Shown in pieces: positions 1 to 8,766 of a DNA stretch of 64,000 nucleotides; position 1 is the first letter of the stretch; every line of letters begins with the position of its first letter. Location: the NCBI GenBank assembly GCA_963749205.1, contig CAVVLW010000010.1, positions 4,531 through 68,530 on the forward strand. The letters are read 5' to 3'. The notes below the pieces were generated by a model, which saw nothing but the letters and a program-made list of their open reading frames with translations, searched no databases and was not told the origin of the DNA. Position numbers and translations under genes: made by a program. The DNA is from an uncultured Thermoplasmata archaeon (GTDB taxonomy: Archaea; Thermoplasmatota; Thermoplasmata; Lutacidiplasmatales; UBA184).

Positions 1-1044
1 AGTTAGGAGAGGGGGACCGCTTTGCGACCTGTACCGCCATTCCCCTTCCATAGGGTAGAGGCGCCGGAGCCGGGTGGCGACGCGGGACCCGATCGCGAGC
101 TCCCCCGGCCGCGCGTCGGCGACCTGAAGCGTGACGCGGGCACCCGGGACCAGCTCTACTAGCACCACCCCGTAGCGTCCGGTCGACGCCACCTGCTCGT
201 CGAACTCCGTTGGCTGGCCCCCCGGACCGACCGTCGTCGACGCGACCACCTGCCCGCCGTCACGCGGAAGTCGCACGGACTCTAGGTTCTGAGTAGCGGC
301 GCATTGGCGACATCGACCCCGGGGCGGGAAAGTGATCGTCCCGCATGAGGCACATCTCTCTCCGGCGAATCGCCACCGGCTCGCCAGAGTCTCGAGATAT
401 CGGGGTCGGGGCACGTACGCCCCCTGCGAGACCGGACCGTCCGATGGGATTGTCGGCCGCCCGACGTGGGGAGAACCGAGGGACGGGGCCGGACCGTCGG
501 TCGCGACGAAATCGCCCACCCAGGCGTCGGGTTCGGCCCCGACCCGTTCGCGTCCGAGCCGGAGTACTGGGAGCGTCGCCGATCCCCTGCGGTCCCCTCC
601 ACCGTCAAAGACGAGGGTCGCGCCGGGAGCTGCCCGCTCTCCGAACCGCACCGCCACGGCCGCATCGGAGTGTGGTCCCCGACGATTTCCTGGGAGGCTC
701 TCCGTGACTGAAGGTAGGTCAACGGCGACGACGAGGACCGGCTCCGTGGCACGAACGAGGTTGGTCGCTGCGACGACCGCGGCCTCGAGTCCCGCAAGTC
801 CTGTTCCGAACCGTTCGGTCGGCACGGGGAACCCGAGGAACCGGACGAGGTCGGCGTCCGCCGTGGGCGGAAGGTCCCCGACAAGAAGGACGCGCGTCGG
901 AGGAAGGAGCGCGCGGCTGATATCGTCGAGCCGCTCGAGGGCGGTCGCCGCGAGCGTGAACCCGTCCTCGTCGCGCGCCGCAACGCGGGCGCCGTCCATC
1001 GAACCGACCGGAACGTAGGCGGCGGCTCTCGCGATTCCCCGCAC
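1..1044 (-). CDS. DUF35-type Zn-ribbon/OB-fold protein with an N-terminal degenerate HMG-CoA-synthase-like domain; the 3' end runs off the window
   Basis: My own translation of the minus strand from GTG at 1044, 3 nt after the thiolase stop, gives 348 codons open to position 1. It is not in the ORF track because there is no stop. The C-terminal part has CASCG...CRQC plus an OB-like segment (GRYGVVLVELVPGARV). The N-terminal part resembles the HMGCS start (GIARAAAYVP...DEDGFTLAATALERL). Confidence 0.6.
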   Translation of the reverse strand, partial: MRGIARAAAYVPVGSMDGARVAARDEDGFTLAATALERLDDISRALLPPTRVLLVGDLPPTADADLVRFLGFPVPTERFGTGLAGLEAAVVAATNLVRATEPVLVVAVDLPSVTESLPGNRRGPHSDAAVAVRFGERAAPGATLVFDGGGDRRGSATLPVLRLGRERVGAEPDAWVGDFVATDGPAPSLGSPHVGRPTIPSDGPVSQGAYVPRPRYLETLASRWRFAGERCASCGTITFPPRGRCRQCAATQNLESVRLPRDGGQVVASTTVGPGGQPTEFDEQVASTGRYGVVLVELVPGARVTLQVADARPGELAIGSRVATRLRRLYPMEGEWRYRSQSGPPLLT

Positions 1045-1047
1045 GAC

Positions 1048-2211
1048 TCATCCCACCGAAAACACGGTCACGTTCGCTGTCGCCCCGGCCCCCCCGACGT
1101 TGTGGGTCAGCGCCCGCTCCGGGTGGGAGACCTGACGTGCGCCGGCCGCGCCCCGTAGTTGGAGGAACACCTCGTACGCCTGGCTCACGCCGGTCGCCCC
1201 GATCGGGTGGCCTTTCGCTTTGAGGCCCCCGTCGGGGTTGACCGGCAGGCGTCCGTCGCGCCGGGTGTGGCCCTCGAGGGTCATCGTGCCGGCGGTGCCC
1301 GTCGGGGCGAACCCCAGGTCCTCGAGCGCGAGGAGTTCCGCGATCGTGAAGCAGTCGTGGACCTCGAGGAACGAGATCTCCGAGCGGGCGACCCCGGCGG
1401 CATGGAACGCCTCATCGGCCGCCCACCGGGTCGCACCGAATCGCGTGAGGTCCGGTCGCTCCTGGACGGCGAGGGAGTCCGAGCCGGCCCCGACGCCGTC
1501 GATGTAGACGGGGCTGTCGGTGAAGGTTCGCGCGACCTCGGGGGTCGCGACGAGCAGGGCGGCGGCTCCGTCCGAGACGGGGCAGCAGTCGTAGAGACCC
1601 AGCGGGTCGGCGACCCGGGGAGCGGCGAGGACCTCCTCCCGCGTCACCCGTTTCTGGAACTGGGCGTTCGGGTTGAGCGCCCCGTTCTCGTGGTTCTTGA
1701 CCGCGACCTCGGCAAGGGCCTCGGGACCGACCCGGTGCTCGGAGAGGTACCGGGAGGCGATCAACCCGTAGACGCCGGCGAACGTCAGTCCCGCCGAACG
1801 CTCCCATTCGGTGTCCCCCGAGACGCCGAGCCAGTAGCGGCGGCGGGCGTTCGGCACGTCGGTCATCTTCTCGAGGCCGGCCACGAGGACCAGGTCTCGG
1901 TCCCCGAGTTCGACCGCGCGCACCGCGGCACGGATCGCGGCGCCTCCCGACGCACACGCGTTCTCCACCCGGGTGGTCGGGACGCCGAGCATTCCCGACT
2001 CCTCCGCGAGCACCGCCGAGGCATTCCCGATCTGCCACCCTCCGAATCCCAGTGTGGCGAGGAACGCTTCCTCGACCGCGGCCCGCTCTACGCCCTTGTC
2101 GACGCTCGCGAGCGCGCCGTCGACCGCGGACCGGAGGAGGGCCCGGGGCCCCGCTTCCAGCACTCCGAAACGCGTGTGCCCCGCGCCAACGATCGCCGCT
2201 CGATGCCCCAC
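1048..2211 (-). CDS. thiolase (acetyl-CoA C-acetyltransferase, archaeal type)
   Basis: This is the C-terminal 387 codons of track ORF 1048..2598. Motifs seen: AIVGAGHTRFG, ENACASGG, HDCF, HNVGGAG. The Arg-rich 5' extension of the ORF is non-coding. The likely start is GTG at 2211. Confidence 0.85.
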   Translation of the reverse strand: MGHRAAIVGAGHTRFGVLEAGPRALLRSAVDGALASVDKGVERAAVEEAFLATLGFGGWQIGNASAVLAEESGMLGVPTTRVENACASGGAAIRAAVRAVELGDRDLVLVAGLEKMTDVPNARRRYWLGVSGDTEWERSAGLTFAGVYGLIASRYLSEHRVGPEALAEVAVKNHENGALNPNAQFQKRVTREEVLAAPRVADPLGLYDCCPVSDGAAALLVATPEVARTFTDSPVYIDGVGAGSDSLAVQERPDLTRFGATRWAADEAFHAAGVARSEISFLEVHDCFTIAELLALEDLGFAPTGTAGTMTLEGHTRRDGRLPVNPDGGLKAKGHPIGATGVSQAYEVFLQLRGAAGARQVSHPERALTHNVGGAGATANVTVFSVG

Positions 2212-2255
2212 CGTGTCCGCCCCGAGAATCGTCTTAACGGCCGAGTCGTTGAAGC

Positions 2256-2852
2256 TTGATAAGGACGGGGAGCCGAGTGACGGAAGAACCTCCGATTGTC
2301 GTCGGAGTCTCGGGGGCGAGCGGCGCCCCCATCGCGGTCCAGGTGCTCGACGCACTTCGAGGCGCGGGAGTCCCGGTCGCGCTCGTCGTCTCCGACGGGG
2401 CCTTCGCCGTCCTGCGCGAGGAGTGCGGGCTCGGGCCGGAAGCCATGGCGGGTCTCGCGACGCATCTCTACTCCGACCACGACCTCGGCGCGCCGATCGC
2501 GAGCGGGTCGAGGCGGACCCGGGGAATGGTGATCGTCCCGTGCTCGGCCAACACCGCGGCCAAGGTCGCCCTGGGCCTCGGCGACACGCTCCTGACACGC
2601 GCAGCCCACGTGCATTTGAAAGAGCAGCGGCGGTTGATCGTGGTTCCGCGGGAGTCCCCCCTCCCCACCACCCTCTTGCGGCACCTCACGACGCTGAGCG
2701 AGCTCGGGGCGGTGGTGCTCGACGCGGCGCCCCCCTACTACCTCCACCCGAAATCGGTGGAGGACCAGACCGCGTACCTTGCCGGGAAGGTCCTCGACCA
2801 CCTCGAGGTGCCGCACCGGCTCTACCGCGGCTGGAAGGCGGAGGACCCGTAA
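2256..2852 (+). CDS. ubiX: flavin prenyltransferase UbiX
   Basis: Track ORF 2256..2852, with IVVGVSGASGA, VIVPCSANT and RESPL motifs. The start is TTG at 2256 or GTG at 2277. Confidence 0.85.
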   Translation: MIRTGSRVTEEPPIVVGVSGASGAPIAVQVLDALRGAGVPVALVVSDGAFAVLREECGLGPEAMAGLATHLYSDHDLGAPIASGSRRTRGMVIVPCSANTAAKVALGLGDTLLTRAAHVHLKEQRRLIVVPRESPLPTTLLRHLTTLSELGAVVLDAAPPYYLHPKSVEDQTAYLAGKVLDHLEVPHRLYRGWKAEDP

Positions 2853-2962
2853 TGCGTTCCGGTCCGTGTCGGGGAGCTGTTCCCGTGGCCGTTCGTCGGC
2901 CTCACCCTGCTCCTCTCGGCGCTCATCGTGGCGACGCCCCTTTCTGACGGGTCAGTCCTCCG

Positions 2963-3412
2963 GTGGGGACCTTCGTGTCGCAGGCGTACCTGATCGTGGA
3001 CGGGATGCCCGGCAATGATTCGACCCACTTCTACGTCCGGGGATTGAGCACCAGCGCCCGCTACTCGGAGATCAAGCTCGGCTTCGCCTACGGGTTCCGC
3101 TGGACGGGGTCGTTCCCCAGCGGTCGGCTGAACTGGACGGACTGGGCGAACGCCTCCTCCGTCCTGTCGGTCGATCGCGCCGCGACCGGCAACCCCGTCG
3201 CGGTCAATGTCTCCGCGCTCTACTCCGTGAACGGCGTAAACGCTCTCTACGTGGCGGTCCTCGCCGTGAACGTGGGAACGGCGCCCGGGTCGACGACTGA
3301 GACCCTGACCATCGTCTCCGACACGTCAGGTATCAGCGGCTACTCCACTTCGGTGGCGAACCTGCCCTACTCGATCCCGCTCTCGTACGCGGGAACGGGA
3401 GGGTCCTCGTGA
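2963..3412 (+). CDS. hypothetical Ser/Thr/Asn-rich protein, probably membrane-anchored
   Basis: Track ORF 2963..3412 has non-shadow composition. An ATG at 2852 overlaps the ubiX stop (TAATG). A transmembrane segment (LFPWPFVGLTLLLSALIVATPL) lies upstream in another frame, so the real gene may start at 2852 with two frame changes. Confidence 0.5.
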   Translation: MGTFVSQAYLIVDGMPGNDSTHFYVRGLSTSARYSEIKLGFAYGFRWTGSFPSGRLNWTDWANASSVLSVDRAATGNPVAVNVSALYSVNGVNALYVAVLAVNVGTAPGSTTETLTIVSDTSGISGYSTSVANLPYSIPLSYAGTGGSS

Positions 3413-3765
3413 GGTCGTCCGGGACGGTGACCCTGCTCTGGACGGCCCTGATCGTCGGGCTGGTCGTCGTGGAGTTCGCGGAAATCACCCGCCTGTTCAC
3501 CCTCCCGATCGCATCGGCGCTCGGCGACCCCATCACGCTCCTCTTTGCCCTCGTCTTCACGACGGTCCTCGCGGTGGTCGGGGCGATCTTCATCGGGATC
3601 TACGTCTCCGCGCGGGTGCTGCGACCGCAGGGGTTCACTTCGTTCGAGGAGGAGGTGCTCCGGATGCGCGGGGACGTGCGCGACATCAAGGCCGCGGTCG
3701 AACAGCTGGCGCTCGAGCGAGTGACGGACCCTCCTCCCGCCCCGCCGAAAGGGGGAGGGACGTGA
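3409..3765 (+). CDS. hypothetical membrane protein (2-3 TM helices plus a C-terminal amphipathic helix)
   Basis: Track ORF 3409..3765. Its GTG start overlaps the upstream stop (GTGA). Hydrophobic helices are visible in the translation. Confidence 0.6.
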   Translation: MRSSGTVTLLWTALIVGLVVVEFAEITRLFTLPIASALGDPITLLFALVFTTVLAVVGAIFIGIYVSARVLRPQGFTSFEEEVLRMRGDVRDIKAAVEQLALERVTDPPPAPPKGGGT

Positions 3766-4327
3766 AGATCCCGGTGCTCGACAACGGCGGGCAGTGGACC
3801 CATCGCGAGTGGAGGGTCCTCCGCGACCTGGGCGCGGACACCTCGATCGTCCCCAATACCACGCCGTTCGCCGAGCTGCACGCCGATGGGGTTGTGCTCT
3901 CCGGGGGAGCGCTCAGCCTGGAGGGAACGAACGCGCCCCTCGGGCGCGTCGGCGAGTGGATCGACTCGGTCGACGTCCCCGTGCTCGCGATCTGCGTCGG
4001 CCACCAGTACCTCGGACGCCACTTCGGGGGGAAGGTGGTCCGATCCTCCCCCGAGTTCGGCTCGGTCGACCTCGTGGTCGACCGAACCGACCACCCGCTG
4101 TTCGCGGGCCTTCCCGGACCGATTCCGCGTCTGGGCCAACCACAACGACGAGGTCGCCGAGGCGCCCCCCGGCTGGACGGTGCTCGCGCATTCGTCCGCG
4201 CTGCGCGGTCGAGGCGATGGCCCACCCGTCGAGGCCGATCTGGGGGGTCCAGTTCCACCCCGAGGTGGAGCACACCGAGGGAGGGCACGAGATGTTCCGC
4301 CACTTCCTCGACGCCTGCCGCCGGTAG
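3762..4327 (+). CDS. guaAA: GMP synthase glutamine amidotransferase subunit A; reading it through needs two +1 frame changes
   Basis: The N-terminus is in track ORF 3762..4376 (ICVGHQ catalytic Cys). The middle ([28 protein letters not shown]) is in the frame of ORF 3886. The C-terminus ([15 protein letters not shown]...FLDACRR stop) is in the frame of ORF 3794..4327. The shifts lie near 4112 and 4197. Confidence 0.8.
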
Positions 4328-4385
4328 GCCCGGCCCGACCCTCGGGAATATGTACGACCCGCCGCTCGCCCGGTGAGGGGGGACG

Positions 4386-6000
4386 ATGCCGCGGGTCCGT
4401 CGAGGTTCGGGAGTCCGGGAGCACGACCTGCTCGCCCGGGCGAAGGCACTGCGGGAGTCGGTCGACCCCCTGCTTCCTCGTCGCACGCGGGACTGCCCTC
4501 CCGAGAAGTTCGACCGGCTCCGAGCGGACCTCGAGGCGGTCCGCGAGGACCGGGACGACGAGAAACGGCTCGGGCGAGCGACCCACTGGGGAGAACCGCT
4601 CGTCCGGTCCTACGCCGGGCTGCTCAAGTTCTATCTCGACCCCAAGACCCCCGGGGTCGTCTCGTTCCCGCTGCCGGACGGGGAGGTCTCCTACGCGCCG
4701 CTCGCCCGCGCCCCTCGGGAGACCGAGGTCGCGGTCCAGCAATCGGACGAGCCGGCGCGTCTCTTGCTCGGGTACGTCGACTGGGCTCGGAAGGGGTTCC
4801 ACTTCTTCGCGACCCGAAAGGCCCTCTGGTGCGCCGGGAAGAGCGCCACCCCACCGGACGAGTTCCGGGCGGAGCGGGTCGCCGACCTCCCCTACCGCCT
4901 GATCGAGGACCCCGCGAAGCACCTCTACCTCTGCCCGCACCTGAAGGAGAACCAGCCGCGACCGTTCCTCGAGGTCGCGCTGGCCCGGGGCGGGGACGGC
5001 GTTCCGCGTCTGCCGTCGTTGCGCGAAGGCGGACCGGCACCTCCTCTCGAGCCTCTCGGACGGCGCCGCGGGGCCCGACCCGAGCGAGGAGTTCCCGGTC
5101 GGGGCGGAGTGGAACGTCCGTTGCCAGGGAGGACCGGAGTGCGTCCACGCGCACCTCCCCGAGCTCCCCCGGACGATCCGAAAGCGGTACGAGCTCGGAC
5201 GTCTTTCCGACGCGCAGCTCCTGGACGCGTACGCCGACGAACTGCGCCCCCGTATCGAAGGGACCCGCCGACCGACGTTCGTGGCCGGGGGCGTGTGCTA
5301 CGGCAGTGACGCCGCCACGTTCGTCGAGGCGCTGGACGCCACCGCGATCGAACGTCACGCGGTCGCGCGCGCCCTCGAGGACGTCGACGGGTACTTCGAG
5401 GTCGACGAGCCGTCGGCGAGCCGGGCGCTCGAACGTTTGTGGCCGGACCACGCCGAGGTGATCGTGCAAACGATCGTCACCGACCCCGCGGAGGCCCGAC
5501 GGTGGATCGACGAAGCCCGGGGCGCGCCGGGGCGGGTAGCCGAGATCCTGAAGCGCGCCCAGCGCCGGAGCGAGGAGCGCCAAGTGCTCGACGAGCTCCC
5601 CCGCTACTCCCAACTGGCCCGGGAGGCGGCCTGGGTCGACCGGATCGCTCGGGAATACCGGACGCACGGCAACTCCGCCGCGGAGCGGTCGATCCTCCAA
5701 TCGCTTCCCCAGGAAGGAAAGGAGCGGGGGCTCGCGTTCGGCCTGCTGAGCGCCCTCGGGCGCGGGGCCGCCCACGCCTGGCAGTTCTCGAAGACGGAGC
5801 AGGAGTTCGGGACCGCGCTCGCGGACCGTGCCCGCTCCACCCTGGCGGCTCCCGCAGACCGTATCACGCGGCGCTCGATGCCCTGCTGCAGGCCGCCGGG
5901 CGTGGCCGATTGGGGCGACCGAGAGGCCCGCCAGCGACCCCGCGGGCCAATAGAACGGGGAGCGACTGCGCCCATCCGCCTGAATCCGTTTGTAGGGTAG
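4386..6000 (+). CDS. hypothetical protein of about 535 aa with a Cys cluster; needs one frame change
   Basis: Track ORF 4386..5309 is protein-like for roughly its first 200 codons. It continues in the frame of ORF 5281..6000 from about 4985. My translation there reads AFRVCRRCAK...VRCQGGPECVH...RKRYELGRLSDAQLLDAYADELRP. I recognise no family. Confidence 0.55.
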
Positions 6001-6073
6001 GCAAAAATAGTCGGTGGTCTAGTCCATTTACGACCAGTTAGCGGGCCTTCGGGAGGCCAAATGCGACCGGTCA

Positions 6074-6470
6074 GTGAGAATGGTCGACACGAGCCCGCCG
6101 GCGGCGTCCGCCGTTGTCGTTGCCGGTGATGAGGAAACTCGGGTCCTGCTGCGCGGGCTCCTCCGCCTCCATCACTTCCGGGTCGACGGGGAGGCGGAGG
6201 GCGCCACCCAGTGCCTCGAACTCATCCGAGAACATCACCCGACCCTCCTCGTCGCGGACGTGAACCTCGCGGAAGGGAGTCCCGGCTCCCTCGTCTCCGA
6301 GGCGCGGCGGGCCGCGCCCGACATGCGCGTCATCCTCGTCGCCCCTGCCTCCCGTCCCGCCCGCCCCTGCCGCGGACCACGACCATGGGCCGGACGTAGT
6401 GCTGCTCCGCCCGTTTCGCATCCGTCAGTTCGCCGAGGCGCTCCTCGCCACCGGGGTCGACCGGGACCCC
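6074..6470 (+). CDS. single-domain response regulator (CheY-like receiver); frame change near 6345-6390 and uncertain 3' end
   Basis: The first ~95 codons of track ORF 6074..7435 read VVVAGDEETRVLLRGLL...LLVADVNL...MRVILVA. The DVVLLRPFRIRQFAEALL segment is in the frame of ORF 6399..6722. Confidence 0.6.
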
Positions 6471-7277
6471 GCCCTCCTCCTCGACCGCTTCTTCGACGGG
6501 CGGCCGCCCCCGATAGCGCGCCAACGCCGCGATCTCCTCGAAGTGGAGCTCGGGGGCGGGGACAATCACGACGTGCATCGGCGGACCGAAATCGACCCGG
6601 TGACGAGCTCCTCGAGCGGGCCGAACCAACCCGCCTCGTCGCTCGCGACCGACCCGGGCCGCGACCGCGATCGGCGCGTTCTCGGGGACGACCACCCCCT
6701 CGGGGTCCTTTTCGCGAAGTAGTGCGAGGGCCTCGTTGGCGGTCAGGAACCGCCCTTCCTCCGGACGCAGGTCGAGCAGTACGAGCGTGTGGAGCCCCCG
6801 CTCGCGGTTCCCGGCGATTCTGTTCCACCGGGGAGCGCGGGGCGAAGCCGGGCGCCGGGAAATGGGAAGGATACCGTTCGGCCGAACCGGTAGTGCATGA
6901 GCCCGAGGAACCCCGCCGCGGCAGTGAGGACGCTCGCGTTCGGCACGTACGTCCAGGTCGTGACCGGCCCGTTCGACCGCCAGGCGAAGCGCCACGTGGG
7001 TCGTGGCGGCGAACGGGTCCCCGACGACGATCAGCGCGACCCGCGCGGAACGGTCGAGGGCGTCCAGGATCGGTCGCTCGGACTCGAGCAACGAGCGGTC
7101 GAGCGGCTGGACTCGGCGGTGGAGCTCGGCGCTCACCCGGTCGAGGGTCCCGTCCGGCGCGACCGCGGTGTACTCCTCCGCGAACACCTCCTCGGCAGCG
7201 CGCAGCACGTCCCACGCGCGGGCGGAGAGTCCGCGCTCGTCCCCGAGACCGAGGCCGACGAACGCGAGCTCGGCCAC
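6330..7277 (-). CDS. dphB: diphthine synthase; two compensating frame changes, true C-terminus probably near 6430-6500
   Basis: Track ORF 6330..7277 has FVGLGLGDE, VVGDPFAATTH, GLHTLVLLD and DFGPPMHVVIVP. The central PNASVLTAAAGFLGLMHYRFGRTVSFPF segment sits in ORF 6743..6946. The start is GTG at 7277, preceded by GGAGG. Confidence 0.8.
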   Translation of the reverse strand: MAELAFVGLGLGDERGLSARAWDVLRAAEEVFAEEYTAVAPDGTLDRVSAELHRRVQPLDRSLLESERPILDALDRSARVALIVVGDPFAATTHVALRLAVERAGHDLDVRAERERPHCRGGVPRAHALPVRPNGILPISRRPASPRAPRWNRIAGNRERGLHTLVLLDLRPEEGRFLTANEALALLREKDPEGVVVPENAPIAVAARVGRERRGGLVRPARGARHRVDFGPPMHVVIVPAPELHFEEIAALARYRGRPPVEEAVEEEGGVPVDPGGEERLGELTDAKRAEQHYVRPMVVVRGRGGRDGRQGRRG

Positions 7278-7292
7278 CGGCGCCTCCCTGGC

Positions 7293-8104
7293 CTAGCGAC
7301 CGAAGCGCGAGGACCGGGCAGGGCGCCGCCCGGAACAGGTCCTCGAGGAACGGTCGCGTGAGCAGCGCCCCGCCGGCCTGGTCGCCTTCCTCGCTGACGA
7401 GCAGAAGGCCGTACCGTTCCCGCTGGGCGGCCTGAAGGATGACCGCCGGAAGCCGTGCCCGTCGAAGAAGCGAGCCGGAGAACACCGACCGTTTGTGGGT
7501 GACCGGGACCCCGCGGGATGTCCGCTCCTCGCGGTCGAGCGAGTCGCTCGCATCGCCCGGGGTCCGAGGACCGAGCGAGAGGGTCGTGACGGAGGCACCG
7601 TCGTTGTGCACCGCGATCTCCTCGGCGACCTGCATCGCTCGGGGGAGCGGCGTGGGGCGGAACGACGGCAGGAGGATCCGGGGGAGCTTCCCGGCGCCGA
7701 GGGCGAGCCGGTTGACGATGAGCACGTCGGCGTGGGCATGATGCAGGATCCCGCTCGCGGTGTGGCCGACGAACGGATTGCGGCTGCGTTTGTCTCCCCG
7801 CAGGGTCATGAGGATCGCATCGACCCCGTGGGACTCGGCGCTCTCCAGGATCTCGCCGGGGACGTCGGTCGACCGCGCGTACCTCGGGGTCCACGCGTAC
7901 GTCGAGCGCCGCCCCGGCCTCGTGGGCCGGGACGACCAGGTTGACGGACGCGCGCCACTCGCGGGTCACCTCAGGAAGGGTCGTCGTCGGAATGATGTGC
8001 AGGACCCGGATATCGCCGTCGGTGTCGAGGAGCATGGCCGCGAACCGGATGAGGGGCTCGACCTCGGACGGCTCCTGGACCGGGATGAGGATCTGTCGGT
8101 ACAT
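7293..8104 (-). CDS. tandem universal stress protein (two UspA domains), KdpQ-like position after kdpC; frame change near 7870 and uncertain 3' end
   Basis: ATG at 8104 lies 2 nt after the kdpC stop. The translation MYRQILIPVQEPSEVEPL... is in the frame of ORF 7133..8770. It continues as GEILESAESHGVDAILMTLRG...HADVLIVNR...PRILLPSF...GLLLVSEEGD...APCPVLALR in the frame of ORF 6235..7809. Confidence 0.7.
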
Positions 8105-8106
8105 CG

Positions 8107-8680
8107 TTACTTCCCGATCAACGGCAGCAGGTCGAGGTCGAGTTGGAGGACGTCCACGTACGCGACGCCGAGGTAGGGGATCGGTGGGTTGACGATGTGC
8201 GCGTTGACGAACTCGTTCACGAAGGAGATCGACAGGCTGGTCGCGTTCCGCGACCCTCGGCACCTGGACGAGGACGGCCTCGGGAGTCAGGTCCGGGTCG
8301 ATGGACGAGCCCGACGCCGAGACGAGCCAGAACGGCAGCGTGGCGTTCACGGTGAAGTTCCCATACTCCCGCATGTAGGCAATGGTTTCGTTCAGTAACG
8401 CCCCGAGCGCCGGGTCGGTGGGCCCGGGGGGGGTCGCCATTCCCATGGTGGTATTGTAGTCCGTGGGGGAAGAACGTTCCCAGAACAGGTAGGGGGCGCT
8501 CGTGTTCTGGGCGATCAGCGACGAACCGACCACGGTACCGTTGGGGTAGTGGAGGAGCGACCCGTTCGCCGCCGACGGGTCGATCACCTGCCCGATCCCC
8601 GTCACGAGGAGCGGGTAGACAAATCCCGAGACGAGCAACGTCAACACGACGAGGACGATCGACGCGCGCACGTGCCCCAT
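8107..8680 (-). CDS. kdpC: K+-transporting ATPase subunit C; one frame change near 8235
   Basis: Track ORF 7133..8770 covers the N-terminal TM helix, SASGSSIDPDL and VQVPRVA. My translation of another frame gives NATSLSISFVNEFVNAHIVNPPIPYLGVAYVDVLQLDLDLLPLIGK and then TAA at 8107. The start is ATG at 8680, or GTG at 8770 overlapping the kdpB stop. Confidence 0.8.
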
Positions 8681-8766
8681 CGGGGAGTGCGACGGTCCGG
8701 GCGTCGTCGGCCGCGGGTTCGCGGGGGGCGGGGTCGGGCCGCCGGTGACCGCCGGCGGGACCGCGC

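Noticed and set aside
719-1051. An ATG at 1051 overlapping the thiolase stop (ATGA) and opening a 110-aa ORF. It looked like a translationally coupled gene.
   Set aside because: Its translation is Arg-rich nonsense. The neighbouring frame starting at GTG 1044 gives the coherent HMGCS-like/DUF35 protein.
6000-6073. A tRNA-like motif (GGTGGTCTAGTCC) and a small hairpin (GGCCT-TCGGG-AGGCC) in the spacer before the receiver gene.
   Set aside because: I could not fold a cloverleaf on either strand: there is no acceptor stem and no T arm (GTTCRANYC). The hairpin alone may be a terminator-like structure, but that is not enough to call a feature.
6235-7809. A 524-aa minus-strand ORF spanning the usp and dphB regions.
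   Set aside because: Only its first ~170 codons (USP domain 2, down to about 7296) look like protein. The remainder is an Arg-rich shadow overlapping dphB in another frame. It probably reads through because a stop was lost to a frame error.
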